Shown here in pieces: positions 9,847 to 18,503 of a stretch of DNA of 42,241 nucleotides. Positions within the stretch are counted from its first letter, which is position 1. Each line of letters opens with the position of its first letter. The translations under genes and the position numbers were made by a program. Origin of the DNA: a virus (lineage: Duplodnaviria; Caudoviricetes); IMG/VR virus record IMGVR_UViG_3300032250_000064, positions 1 to 42,241 of that record. One strand, 5' to 3'. The notes under the pieces are model-generated. The model searched no databases, was not told the DNA's origin, and saw nothing but the letters and a program-made list of their open reading frames with translations.

Positions 9847-10250
9847 CAGTCGTCAAGGCGTGGGTTGCGGATCTCGCCAGCGAGACTCACACGGACATTG
9901 TTGTAACCGGGGCGAACGGTTTGCACTTCTGGCGGATTGGCATATTCCCAACGCAGGCCGTCGATACTGGCATTAGCACGGGCTGCCAAGGTGCTTGACA
10001 TGCCAGAGGTAACGCTGGCGCTAAGGGTAAAGCGGCTATTGGCAGCGGTCTGACTGCGGTAGTGATCCAGCAGGATCACCACTGTTGCGTCTGGGATGTT
10101 GTCAAATTCCAGATCGAGCTGAGCGCCGTACGGCGAATTGCCGTACGTCCGCTTGACGACTGCACCGCTAAGGGCGCGGTACGTCTTTTGTGGATACACG
10201 CCAGGGCGAAAGCTGCGACCTGTTGGTGTGATCGAGGGAAACGTTGCCAT
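9846..10250 (-). CDS. Distal tail protein (putative)
   Basis: Directly after tape measure; MATFPSITPT...WEYANPPEV pattern. Confidence 0.55.
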   Translation of the reverse strand: MATFPSITPTGRSFRPGVYPQKTYRALSGAVVKRTYGNSPYGAQLDLEFDNIPDATVVILLDHYRSQTAANSRFTLSASVTSGMSSTLAARANASIDGLRWEYANPPEVQTVRPGYNNVRVSLAGEIRNPRLDD

Positions 10251-12415
10251 CAGCGGATACCGATGCGGCTACGGGTTTGCGGGGATTGCTTGATGCGATC
10301 CAGGGTCATCGACATGCCACGGCTGGCGCCATCGCGTGTGGCTTGGCGGCGGGTTTCGGCCATAGCCGCCTCCAGTTGCTCTCTACTGACGTACTCTACG
10401 CCGCCGATGCTGGTTGTCTGGAAGCTCATGTTGAGCACCGGTGATCCGCTGCTGCCGGGTGCAGCTCCCATCGCATCGCGTAGGCCGGAGTTAGATACCA
10501 CGCTGCCGTTGCGCCCTGGGACGAATAGCTCGGGGCCGTGTTCACCGACGACGTAGGGAGATCCAGCGGAGACGGGGCCGCCGTTGGCACGGAAACCTAA
10601 GCCGGCAGTGCTAAATGGTGTGGGAGTGAAGTTGCCGGAAATCATTGACGTTCCAAGCGCATTTCCGGTGACACCTTGATACGAAAAGCCACCGCCGCCG
10701 CCGCCACCACCGCCAATGCCCAGGGCTTTTAGAATAGTGCCCAGAATCACCATTGTGGTTTGTTGCGCGATAATCTGCACTGCCATGTTGACAAAGTTTT
10801 CGCCAATGCTTTGCATCATTTTGGCTAATGCCTCTTGTGCGCTTGATGAACCGTTGATAATCTCTTGGAACGCTTGACCAAAGGCAGTGCCGATGTTGTC
10901 CGCTGCAGTAATAGAGATGCTCTCAAGATTTGTAAGCTGAGCAAACTCTGTCCGCAATTGCTCCATACGCTTTTGGCCTTCTGTCAGTTGCGCCTGCAGT
11001 CCAACCTGGGTCTGTAGCGCTGCAATTTGATTCCTTGCACTTTCATTTTGCAGTTGATTCAACTCGCGCTGTATCTCTCGCTGGTTGGCGACTTGCTCGG
11101 TGTTGCCTACATAGATAATTGCCTCCTGTGCCTTGATGTCTTTTTCTTGCGCCAACAATTGAGCGTAACGATATTCAATATCTAACTGCTTTTCTTGTCC
11201 TTTCAATCTGACCACAAGCTGCTCATTGCCGGCCATCTCGGCTGCAGCAATTTGATCTTGCAAGGTTGATCTCAACTGCATTATTTGGCCTTCCGCCAAG
11301 CGATCGCGGATCACCTGCGAGACGCGCTCAGCTTCTTTTGCAGCAGCTTCGGCAGCGCGCTCTGCCTCACGGGCTGCTTTATCTTTTCCTCCCTTGCCGC
11401 CGCCAGAGGGAGCAAGCAGTGCTGGTGCTGCACCAACTGCGCCAGCAGGTTTGAATGATGAAGCACCTGCGGCCATCCCTGACTTAACTAATGATTTTTC
11501 AAGATTTTGTCTATATTGCTGTACTTCTGTGTCAAATGGATTCATCACGCGCGCGCCAAACTTGTTACGTGTTCTCGTAGCTGCTTCTTGATATGCGCGA
11601 GTTTGATTTTGCAACGCAGCAGCGCTATTTACCCTTTCCAGGAAGGCATTAATACCATCCAAAAGAAACTTAAAAACAGGTTCAAAAAACTTACCGATAT
11701 TTTGCGCTAGTCGTTGGAATGAATCTTGCAGCGTTGACAGTTTGCCGTTAAGGGTATCACTCTGCGCAATAGCACCATTGGCATATTTGCCACCGGCACT
11801 AGTTAGGTTCTGAATTGCTACTTCAACAGCCTTGGCGCTAATGCGGCCTTTTTCTAGTGCCTTCTGGAACTCATCTCCAGACAGGCTATACATTTTGCGC
11901 AGTTCTGCCTGCAGCGCTACGCCACGCTCTTGGAACTGCAGCAGTTCTTCACCTTGCAACCTGCCCTTGGCCTGCACTTGGCCGTAGGCAGTTACCAGAC
12001 CTTGCAATTCAGCGCCGGTGGCACCACTTACATCTGCCAGTCTCTTGGTGGTCTCGACGACATTATTCGCCTCAACGCCAAATGCCTGCAGCCGTTTTGC
12101 TGCATCAATCAGTTCAGTGCTGGTAAACGGTGTTACCGCGCCAAGCTGCTGCAGTTCTTGAATAATCTGCTTAGCTTTTTCTGCGCTGCCGGTTAATACC
12201 TGCAAGCTGCGAGTTTGACTTTCTAGTTCTGCAGTCTTAGCAAAAATAAACTTAACCGCCTGTATGCCAGCAAATGCAATCGCTAACTTGCCAACAGCAG
12301 CGCCAAGGCCATCAAATGCACGTTGCGTTGCGCCGGCTTGCGACTGAACATCACGCAGCTTCGAGACGGCAGCGCGGCTGTCAACGTTAATAGCAACGTT
12401 TGCTACGACAGACAC
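10250..12415 (-). CDS. Tape measure protein, 721 aa
   Basis: TPFTSTELIDAAKRLQAFG...AYGQVQAKGRLQGEELLQFQERG tape-measure domain; C-terminal RANGGPV...YVVGEHGPELFVP. Confidence 0.92.
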   Translation of the reverse strand: MSVVANVAINVDSRAAVSKLRDVQSQAGATQRAFDGLGAAVGKLAIAFAGIQAVKFIFAKTAELESQTRSLQVLTGSAEKAKQIIQELQQLGAVTPFTSTELIDAAKRLQAFGVEANNVVETTKRLADVSGATGAELQGLVTAYGQVQAKGRLQGEELLQFQERGVALQAELRKMYSLSGDEFQKALEKGRISAKAVEVAIQNLTSAGGKYANGAIAQSDTLNGKLSTLQDSFQRLAQNIGKFFEPVFKFLLDGINAFLERVNSAAALQNQTRAYQEAATRTRNKFGARVMNPFDTEVQQYRQNLEKSLVKSGMAAGASSFKPAGAVGAAPALLAPSGGGKGGKDKAAREAERAAEAAAKEAERVSQVIRDRLAEGQIMQLRSTLQDQIAAAEMAGNEQLVVRLKGQEKQLDIEYRYAQLLAQEKDIKAQEAIIYVGNTEQVANQREIQRELNQLQNESARNQIAALQTQVGLQAQLTEGQKRMEQLRTEFAQLTNLESISITAADNIGTAFGQAFQEIINGSSSAQEALAKMMQSIGENFVNMAVQIIAQQTTMVILGTILKALGIGGGGGGGGGFSYQGVTGNALGTSMISGNFTPTPFSTAGLGFRANGGPVSAGSPYVVGEHGPELFVPGRNGSVVSNSGLRDAMGAAPGSSGSPVLNMSFQTTSIGGVEYVSREQLEAAMAETRRQATRDGASRGMSMTLDRIKQSPQTRSRIGIR

Positions 12416-12418
12416 GGC

Positions 12419-12607
12419 CTACCGTCGGTGTTGCTTCATTCTACGTTCTTGGTCTTCATTGAGCAGGTCAAAATAAGCTGACCATAGAAGCAGTTCCTCT
12501 ATGGTCAGCTCTGACTTCAGCCGTGTCAAGGTGTAGCCCAATTCCTTGGCTACACCCAGTTGCAGCATTAGCAGGTTATCGCGCCTTAGCTCTGCCTTTA
12601 GAGCTTT
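12419..12607 (-). CDS. Tail assembly chaperone, second (T-like) ORF; probable frameshift extension
   Basis: Open frame KALKAELRRDNLLMLQLGVAKELGYTLTRLKSELTIEELLLWSAYFDLLNEDQERRMKQHRR*; fills the gap before tape measure; alternative own ATG at 12568. Confidence 0.7.
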   Translation of the reverse strand, partial: KALKAELRRDNLLMLQLGVAKELGYTLTRLKSELTIEELLLWSAYFDLLNEDQERRMKQHRR

Positions 12608-12938
12608 TCATGTCCACCTCTTCGGTAGCCTCCGGGTCGGTAATGATTGCAAGCATCATGGCTTGCAAGTCGCTATCGAGTGCTTCGTTCTTTAGCTCGT
12701 CAATTTGTCCTGCTTGGAACAACCGCTGGCCTGCGTCATCCATTGCTTTGGTAACAAGCAAGTTCAGAGCAAAGCCATTGGTCTCATCACCACCAGGCAT
12801 CTTCTGCGCCCGTTCACGTTCGGCCATGGTTAGCGGCGTCGCGTAAAACTCAAACTCGGTGCCATCGTTAAGAATGACAGTCCGCTTGGAGGGCGTTAGA
12901 TTAGCTGCCTTTTTCAGGCGTGCAAGTGCAGTAGACAT
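12576..12938 (-). CDS. Tail assembly chaperone (G-like), 120 aa
   Basis: Between major tail and tape measure; TPLTMAERERAQ...KAMDDAGQRLF motif. Confidence 0.8.
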   Translation of the reverse strand: MSTALARLKKAANLTPSKRTVILNDGTEFEFYATPLTMAERERAQKMPGGDETNGFALNLLVTKAMDDAGQRLFQAGQIDELKNEALDSDLQAMMLAIITDPEATEEVDMKSSKGRAKAR

Positions 12939-13696
12939 CAGGCGCTCGTGCTGAAGTCAAACGATGGCGCACCGGTTGGGCGGAATGTGATTTCCACCTG
13001 TTGCGCATCGTCTGGGTTGATATTGAGGCTAGCAGTAAGCAGCACCGCGTCCATGCTGATACTGCGGCTGAGGGTCTCGGTTGCCTGCAGGTCGGTGTAA
13101 AGCTTGAATGCGCAACCGACCTGCTGACGTTGCAGCACGTCTTCCACCATGCGGTTGGACAGTGCAGCGTCCTCATTGGTCACATAGACGGTAGCGGTGC
13201 CGCTGCCATCTGCAAAGCCAGGGATATAGTCCCGGAAGGGGACGTACTGACCAGCGGTTTGGCCAATGGTAGTGACGTCAATTTCGGCACGGTTGATCTC
13301 AAAGGACCAAGACTGCACCTGACCAACGGCTGCATAATCGGCGTAATACACCTCAAACTCGTTCGGTGACGCCAAAGTGCCGTCATCGGTGATAGGCAGG
13401 ATAGTGCCACCAGCGCTTGTCGAGACTGTCAGCGCGCCCGTGCTGGCGGTATAACTGAGAACGTAATAGGTGGTAGCAGACGAAATCGGTGCAGGCAGGG
13501 TGCCAGAGCCAGCGCCACCGGTTTGGCTATTGATTACCCGAAACTTGACAGGGTCGCCAACCTTGAAGTTTAGGTAGGTCTGAACGGTGATAATATCCGC
13601 ACCAGTGTTGACGGCAGTTTCGTTAAAGTTTCCGTTAGTGCCGGCGGGTTTGTAGTAAAGCGCGCCGGACGTACCGGACAAAACTGTAACAGCCAT
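12938..13696 (-). CDS. Major tail (tube) protein with an inserted beta domain, 252 aa
   Basis: VGQVQSWSFEINRAEIDVTT...GFADGSGTATVY; position between tail terminator and chaperone. Confidence 0.85.
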   Translation of the reverse strand: MAVTVLSGTSGALYYKPAGTNGNFNETAVNTGADIITVQTYLNFKVGDPVKFRVINSQTGGAGSGTLPAPISSATTYYVLSYTASTGALTVSTSAGGTILPITDDGTLASPNEFEVYYADYAAVGQVQSWSFEINRAEIDVTTIGQTAGQYVPFRDYIPGFADGSGTATVYVTNEDAALSNRMVEDVLQRQQVGCAFKLYTDLQATETLSRSISMDAVLLTASLNINPDDAQQVEITFRPTGAPSFDFSTSA

Positions 13697-13720
13697 GTTA
13701 TGGACGGTAGTTGGCTACCG

Positions 13721-14143
13721 TCAGTCTACATACGCTTCAAAGGTCATCACAAGCTGCGTTTGAAAGTACGGCTCAGGTGATGCTGGCGTTACTTGCGACG
13801 GCCCGGATGCGGCGTCAAAGATAATGCTGCTGAATTTTGCCCGGTCAAACAGGTCCTTGACACGCTCTGCAATGGTGAAGTTTGCACCAGCGCCAGCACC
13901 GACAGGCGTGAACACATTTACCACAAGCGTGCCGTTTTGCCGGTTAAAGCCAGCGCTGCCGATTGGCCGCAAGGTTGCGTAAGCATTGTCGCCAAAGCGA
14001 ATGAACGCTTGCAGCCATGGCGTGTTATTGGGCGGGCTAAATGGAACGTTTTGGTAGCTGACCGGGTATGCCGGTGCAATGGCCATCTCGGTGGCGATGC
14101 GGCCTTCAATGGCAGCGCGGACGTCGTTGTAGGTGCTGCTCAT
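13721..14143 (-). CDS. Tail terminator-like protein
   Basis: YQNVPFSPP..PW...GTLVVNVFTPVGAG motif; position. Confidence 0.75.
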   Translation of the reverse strand: MSSTYNDVRAAIEGRIATEMAIAPAYPVSYQNVPFSPPNNTPWLQAFIRFGDNAYATLRPIGSAGFNRQNGTLVVNVFTPVGAGAGANFTIAERVKDLFDRAKFSSIIFDAASGPSQVTPASPEPYFQTQLVMTFEAYVD

Positions 14144-14538
14144 GATTCTCTGCCGATGCGGTCTGCGTTGACGCGGACAAACCCTTGGATGTCCTTGGCG
14201 ATGCCTTGGACCCAGCCTGCTGGTGCCTTCTTGCTACTGCCATTGGCTAGCGGTTCAGCATATGGCAAATTGTTATGGACTGAGTAGATGTTGCCTACCT
14301 TCTCTTGGCCGTAACCAATTCGGTCGATTGGTGGCGTGGACGTGTAACTGCCTTCTGGCGCCTGTCCGCCTGGTGCCGCATTTTCGCCAACCTGCCAGCT
14401 AACACGGAACCTGCCGGTATCAACAGGACTGGCCAGTTTAAGGCGGCTGTCGGTTTCCAGCACTGCAACGCGTAGCAGCTTTTCATACTGCTGGCTGGCG
14501 TAGTCGCCAATGTCTGCAATGCGGATGGTACGTGCCAT
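14140..14538 (-). CDS. HK97 gp10-like tail completion / neck protein
   Basis: SPVDTGRFRVSW and NNLPYAEPLANGSSKKAPAGWV motifs. Confidence 0.85.
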   Translation of the reverse strand: MARTIRIADIGDYASQQYEKLLRVAVLETDSRLKLASPVDTGRFRVSWQVGENAAPGGQAPEGSYTSTPPIDRIGYGQEKVGNIYSVHNNLPYAEPLANGSSKKAPAGWVQGIAKDIQGFVRVNADRIGRES

Positions 14539-14894
14539 CAGTCTCTTAGGATCAGTTCGTAGGTGATGGCCGTGTTGTCCTGCTCGATGGTGCGCACATT
14601 GATGATCTGCAGATTGCGGTTGTTGATGATGACGCGGTCGGTTGTCGTCGGTGCACTTGCCAAGTCAGCCGCTGCAATCATCAACCGCTTATCACCTGCT
14701 TGAATAAGATCATTAGCCTGACGCAGGTTGACATCCTCCAACACGCCACGCACTGTGGTGTCTGTGGTTGTCTCAGTCGCTGCACCTGTTGTCGTGTTAT
14801 ACGCGCCAACCGTTACGCTGCGGATCGTTGCAACACCGCCAAACTTTGCCATCAGTTTGCTGGCAACCTTCCGTAGCGGACTAGCAAGTGCCAT
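14538..14894 (-). CDS. Head closure / head-tail joining protein
   Basis: LMAKFG...GAYNTTTG...IQAGDKRL motif; position. Confidence 0.7.
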   Translation of the reverse strand: MALASPLRKVASKLMAKFGGVATIRSVTVGAYNTTTGAATETTTDTTVRGVLEDVNLRQANDLIQAGDKRLMIAAADLASAPTTTDRVIINNRNLQIINVRTIEQDNTAITYELILRD

Positions 14895-15121
14895 CAGATC
14901 CGGTAGGCGACGACTTTGCCGCTTGCAAGTGTCACGCTGGTAAAGACGCCGTCAATAAAATCGCCCTTGCCAAGGGGGACCGACGTAAAAGCGTTGCCGG
15001 TTGCGTTCTGCACCGTAGCCGTGCTGATCACAGCATCGGCAACGGCATAGAGTTTATAAAACCTGCCGGTATGAGCTGCCGTATCGGTGATGTACTCAAA
15101 GCCAATGCTGTATTCGTCCAT
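14894..15121 (-). CDS. Small virion-module protein, 75 aa
   Basis: Beta-rich ORF tightly packed in the neck module; TGATG coupling downstream. Confidence 0.6.
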   Translation of the reverse strand: MDEYSIGFEYITDTAAHTGRFYKLYAVADAVISTATVQNATGNAFTSVPLGKGDFIDGVFTSVTLASGKVVAYRI

Positions 15122-15123
15122 GG

Positions 15124-15687
15124 TTAGCTCCTGCGGATGGAGAAATTGCCCGGTCCACTGATTCTAAGCCCTGTCAGGTATCGCTCCATAATTGGCGGCA
15201 CCTTGTCAGCACCAACGGCGCCGTAGCCAAGGTTGGGCGTCACGTCAATGCTGCCGATCTTCACATTCTTGTAATCTTCCAGTCCACTCAGGCCAAGCCC
15301 GTCTGGGTTGTTGTTCAGGTACGTTGCCAGTACAACCTGCGCATACTGAATTTGCGTCGGGATCTCGGTATCGGTAAAATAGTCCGTCGTGATGCGGAAC
15401 GGGAACCCAACTGCGTAGGTGTTGATATAGGTATCAGGCTTGCGCACGCCTGTACGCGGCCACTGCAATGCCTGCGTATCGGTCGCCCGTGCGCCAAGGT
15501 ACCGCTCGCGGTCTAGTCGTTGCGTTGCTGTAAACAGCGCTCGGTTCTTTTGGTCAGTTGTAGCTGATGCCCATGCCGTTACATCAGCATCTTGCACAAA
15601 CCCATCAATGATCGCTTGCGCTGCTGCCAGCGTCAGGTAACTGTTTGCGTCGGCCGCGCCTGGCGTGGCCACGATTGCTATTGGCAT
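15124..15687 (-). CDS. Head-tail adaptor (DnaT-like phage family)
   Basis: ANSYLTLAAA...QALQWPR...IPTQIQYAQ...KIGSIDV signature. Confidence 0.8.
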   Translation of the reverse strand: MPIAIVATPGAADANSYLTLAAAQAIIDGFVQDADVTAWASATTDQKNRALFTATQRLDRERYLGARATDTQALQWPRTGVRKPDTYINTYAVGFPFRITTDYFTDTEIPTQIQYAQVVLATYLNNNPDGLGLSGLEDYKNVKIGSIDVTPNLGYGAVGADKVPPIMERYLTGLRISGPGNFSIRRS

Positions 15688-15793
15688 CGTCAGGCTCCGG
15701 TATATCTAGTTTAGGCTCTGGCATAGAAAGAGAGGCCGCCTCCGTAGAGGCAGCCTCCTTTTCACGCAGTCGCCGGAAAGCGAACAGCCCCAT
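15605..15793 (-). CDS. Small hypothetical protein (MGLFAFRR...)
   Basis: ATG overlaps upstream TGA; 3' end overlaps the adaptor gene. Confidence 0.45.
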   Translation of the reverse strand: MGLFAFRRLREKEAASTEAASLSMPEPKLDIPEPDDANSNRGHARRGRRKQLPDAGSSASDH

Positions 15794-16194
15794 CAGATGC
15801 GCTTAAGCAGCACGGTGATGATCACGCCAGCCAGGGCGGTGGTGGTGCCGGTGACGTCCAGAGACAGGCGGTCGCCAGCCTCCAGGGTCAGGTTGGCGGT
15901 GGTGCTGGTCAGGGCAGGGGTTTGCTCAGTCAGAGCAGTGCCCTTGAAGTCGATCTTGGTGGAACCGAGCAGGTCATCACCAGCGGTGGCAGCCTCGGTG
16001 CCTTGGCAACGACGGATCGTGCCAGAAACAGCAGAGCCGTCACTGCCGGCGGTGGCATGCACCTCGCGGATGGTGACCACTTGGCACTTCACCGGAGCGG
16101 TGAAGAACTGAATATCAGCCACCGAAGAGGCGAAGTAGTGGTCAGCAACGATGTACTGCTCTGTGGACAGTTCAAACTGGGAAGGTTGTGCCAT
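15793..16194 (-). CDS. Putative capsid decoration / structural protein, 133 aa
   Basis: Directly after major capsid gene; Thr/Ala-rich, beta-sandwich-like (LEAGDRLSLDVTG). Confidence 0.55.
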   Translation of the reverse strand: MAQPSQFELSTEQYIVADHYFASSVADIQFFTAPVKCQVVTIREVHATAGSDGSAVSGTIRRCQGTEAATAGDDLLGSTKIDFKGTALTEQTPALTSTTANLTLEAGDRLSLDVTGTTTALAGVIITVLLKRI

Positions 16195-16205
16195 GGTTAG
16201 TTACC

Positions 16206-17237
16206 TCAATCGAAGTTGGAGGTGTTGGTGGCACGCACGATGCCGAGGTTCTTCAGCTCGTACACCCTCGACCAGTTGCCAACCGTTTCCAGTTGAGCGC
16301 GGGTCGGGTTGGCGGTGGTCACGCCCCACTTGGCACCAACAGGGTGGTAGCAGTAGTGCAGGTCGATCGACATGGCATCGCTCTTGGCGAGGATGTCACG
16401 GTCGGTTTCGGTCTGCATTGCCAGCTGTTCGCCGGAGGCAACAGCACCCTGGGTAAAGAAGTAGGTGGCGTACTCGGTCGAGCTGCCGCTGCCGTCGGTC
16501 TGCACATCGTCAGACACGATCACGCGCAGACCCATGTAGGTCGGCACGCTAACGGGTCCATAAGCGCCAGCAATGCTGCCGCCGACAAAGTCAGTGACGC
16601 CAGAGGTCAGACGTGCATCTGTCTCGGTCACATAGTCGATCGCCTTACGCTCAACCAGGTCGTAATAGACCTTGGAGTGCATGGCAACAGCGGCCAGCTT
16701 GTCGCCTTGATCGCCCAGCAGGCTGCGGGCTTCGGCAACGTGACGAGGGCTCAGTGTGGTGGGGGTATCGCCAGACTCGCCGTCAATGGTCAGGCCAAAG
16801 AAAGCAGCAGAACTGGAGGTAGAACCCAGGCTGCCGAACACACCGCCGAGGCAGGACAAAAGGTCCTTTTGGCGCTGGTTGGCAACGTAATCAGCAATTT
16901 TGGCGCCGATAGCAGCCATGGGGTCAGCGCCGGCCGCAAGGGCTGCGAGATCCCGTGACTCAAATGCACGGCCGCGGTGCAGGATGACGCCGACTTGCTT
17001 GTCGGCAGTGATCTTGCCGGGTGTCAGCGAAGTGCTATCGGTCAGCACCTCGAAATCACCGGTCAGGTTGGCTTTCCAGAAGGGGACGTTGATAAAATCA
17101 CCACCCTCAGTAGCATTCAGCTCCGCCATGGGCTGGACCACACCGCTAGCCAGGAAGGCATCACGCTGCGTGGTTTGCTCGATGACGTAAGGCGTAAAAA
17201 CCTCTGGGATGATGATGTCAGAGCGAAGAGTCGCCAT
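16206..17237 (-). CDS. Major capsid protein, 343 aa
   Basis: SDIIIPEVFTPYV...GGDFINVPFW...AVAMHSKVYYDL...ETDRDIL motifs of HK97-fold coat proteins; follows scaffold. Confidence 0.92.
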   Translation of the reverse strand: MATLRSDIIIPEVFTPYVIEQTTQRDAFLASGVVQPMAELNATEGGDFINVPFWKANLTGDFEVLTDSTSLTPGKITADKQVGVILHRGRAFESRDLAALAAGADPMAAIGAKIADYVANQRQKDLLSCLGGVFGSLGSTSSSAAFFGLTIDGESGDTPTTLSPRHVAEARSLLGDQGDKLAAVAMHSKVYYDLVERKAIDYVTETDARLTSGVTDFVGGSIAGAYGPVSVPTYMGLRVIVSDDVQTDGSGSSTEYATYFFTQGAVASGEQLAMQTETDRDILAKSDAMSIDLHYCYHPVGAKWGVTTANPTRAQLETVGNWSRVYELKNLGIVRATNTSNFD

Positions 17238-17266
17238 GATTCATCTCGGGGGAATGGTTTACGGTG

Positions 17267-17298
17267 TGGGCGCAGCCCAAAGCACCAGCGCAGCCGGT
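17267..17298 (-). promoter_or_regulatory. Tandem hairpins with UGC loops in capsid leader
   Basis: mRNA sense ACCGGC-UGC-GCUGGU and UGGGC-UGC-GCCCA. Confidence 0.55.
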
Positions 17299-17308
17299 TG
17301 CGAATAGC

Positions 17309-17989
17309 TTAACGGTTGGCCGCCGCCTTCATCCGATCGTACAAATCACGGTCCGTGCGGAACAGCCGTGCTTGCTCGGTCAGGTTGAAGCTATCACGGT
17401 TAAATGGGTTGCTCATGCCGGCCGGAATGCCGCCAGTGCTAGCGCCGGCTGACGGTGCGCCACTGCCCTGCGGCTTGGGTTGCTTCTGCATCCATGCCGG
17501 CAGGGTCTTAGCCCACTCGCTAACGGGCGTGCGCTGGTAGCCATCGACCACTATCACAGTGCCGTCAGGGTCACGCTCGATCTGATCGGCGCTGAGTTTG
17601 GTCTTGAGTACCAGGTCAGGATCGTGCACGATGTCAGCCAGTGCTGTCACTGCTGGCGTGACCAGCTCCAGCTCACGGACGCGGCTTTCCAGTGCGGCAA
17701 TGCGCTGGTCCTTTTCCGTCGTCGCCTCACGGAACTGCTGCTCCAAAGCCTGTCGCGCCTCTTGATACTTGCCTTGCGACTCAAGCTGCTGCTGTTCGTG
17801 GTTGCGCTTGAACTCCAATAGCTCATTGACATCAACCCCATCAGGCAACGCTGGCGCCTTTTTGGCAGCGCGCAATTCTGCAATCAGCTCTTTGTTTTTG
17901 CGCTCTAATGCCTCCACGCTGCGTTGCAGTGCGTCGGTATTGTCACCCCCGGTAGCCGCAGGCTCCTGGGTTTGTGTTTCATCAGACAT
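17309..17989 (-). CDS. Capsid scaffolding protein, 226 aa
   Basis: Acidic N-terminus, coiled coil, GSGA motif, C-terminal NPF...NLTEQARL; upstream of capsid gene. Confidence 0.85.
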   Translation of the reverse strand: MSDETQTQEPAATGGDNTDALQRSVEALERKNKELIAELRAAKKAPALPDGVDVNELLEFKRNHEQQQLESQGKYQEARQALEQQFREATTEKDQRIAALESRVRELELVTPAVTALADIVHDPDLVLKTKLSADQIERDPDGTVIVVDGYQRTPVSEWAKTLPAWMQKQPKPQGSGAPSAGASTGGIPAGMSNPFNRDSFNLTEQARLFRTDRDLYDRMKAAANR

Positions 17990-17992
17990 GGA

Positions 17993-18047
17993 TAAGCCGC
18001 AGGCTTAATTACGCTGCCATCGTAATGGCGCGTGGTGATCGTGTCAA
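17993..18047 (-). promoter_or_regulatory. Sigma70-like promoter plus UGC-loop hairpin ahead of scaffold gene
   Basis: TTGACA(18047-42)-17 bp-TACGAT(18024-19); hairpin UAAGCC-UGC-GGCUUA 3 nt before ATG. Confidence 0.6.
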
Positions 18048-18307
18048 AGCGTGAATGGGACACACCAACCCGTGAGCCATGGAATCCGCTTATCAAGCAG
18101 TGCCTTGATGCAGTGGACCGCCATGAGCACCTGTACCGCAGCACCGGCAACGGCTGGCATGCAGCCAAAGCGCAAGACCTGCGGTGGTACGTCGCTGAGC
18201 TAAAGGACTGGATTCACCGGCAGGAGGCGGCTACCACTTCACCTTGTCCGCCCAGAATGCCGGGGACATCTTCCCGCGAGCAATGTTACTGGCGTGCCTT
18301 GCCTTGA
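18032..18307 (+). CDS. Hypothetical protein antisense to the head module
   Basis: Occupies the gap between minus-strand genes; helical W-rich sequence (REPWNPLIKQCLDAVDRH...ELKDWIHRQE); start uncertain. Confidence 0.5.
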   Translation: MVIVSKREWDTPTREPWNPLIKQCLDAVDRHEHLYRSTGNGWHAAKAQDLRWYVAELKDWIHRQEAATTSPCPPRMPGTSSREQCYWRALP

Positions 18308-18503
18308 AGGATGCCCGCCTGGCCTTGTCTGCATCTGATTCATCTTTGCGCGGTGGGCTGCCGCTGACGCCTTGCTGCCCGAACCGGATTAGCTTGACGG
18401 TCTCGCCTTCTTTGGCTAGCACCGCATGCGATTTGGTCGGATGGTTTGGCGTCCGCTTGGGTTTGTTGTAACCCTCAAACTGCTCGCCGCGGTAGGTGAT
18501 CAT
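18231..18503 (-). CDS. Small basic phage protein, 90 aa
   Basis: KLIRFGQQG...RRASFKARH...SPAFWADKVKW motif of a widespread uncharacterised phage family. Confidence 0.75.
   Translation of the reverse strand: MITYRGEQFEGYNKPKRTPNHPTKSHAVLAKEGETVKLIRFGQQGVSGSPPRKDESDADKARRASFKARHASNIARGKMSPAFWADKVKW

Noticed and set aside
11400-11900. AT-richer patches in tape measure (and 7500-7860 in the tail tip) as introns or inteins
   Set aside because: Frames stay open and no splicing or homing motifs are seen; more likely ordinary mosaic segments
12595-12611. Canonical -1 slippery site in the tail chaperone
   Set aside because: No XXXYYYZ heptamer, and the -1 frame stops immediately
13703-13722. Hairpin GACGGTAG-CCAA-CTACCGTC as an intrinsic terminator
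   Set aside because: No U-tract; it lies just after a -10-like box, so it is more likely a 5' leader hairpin
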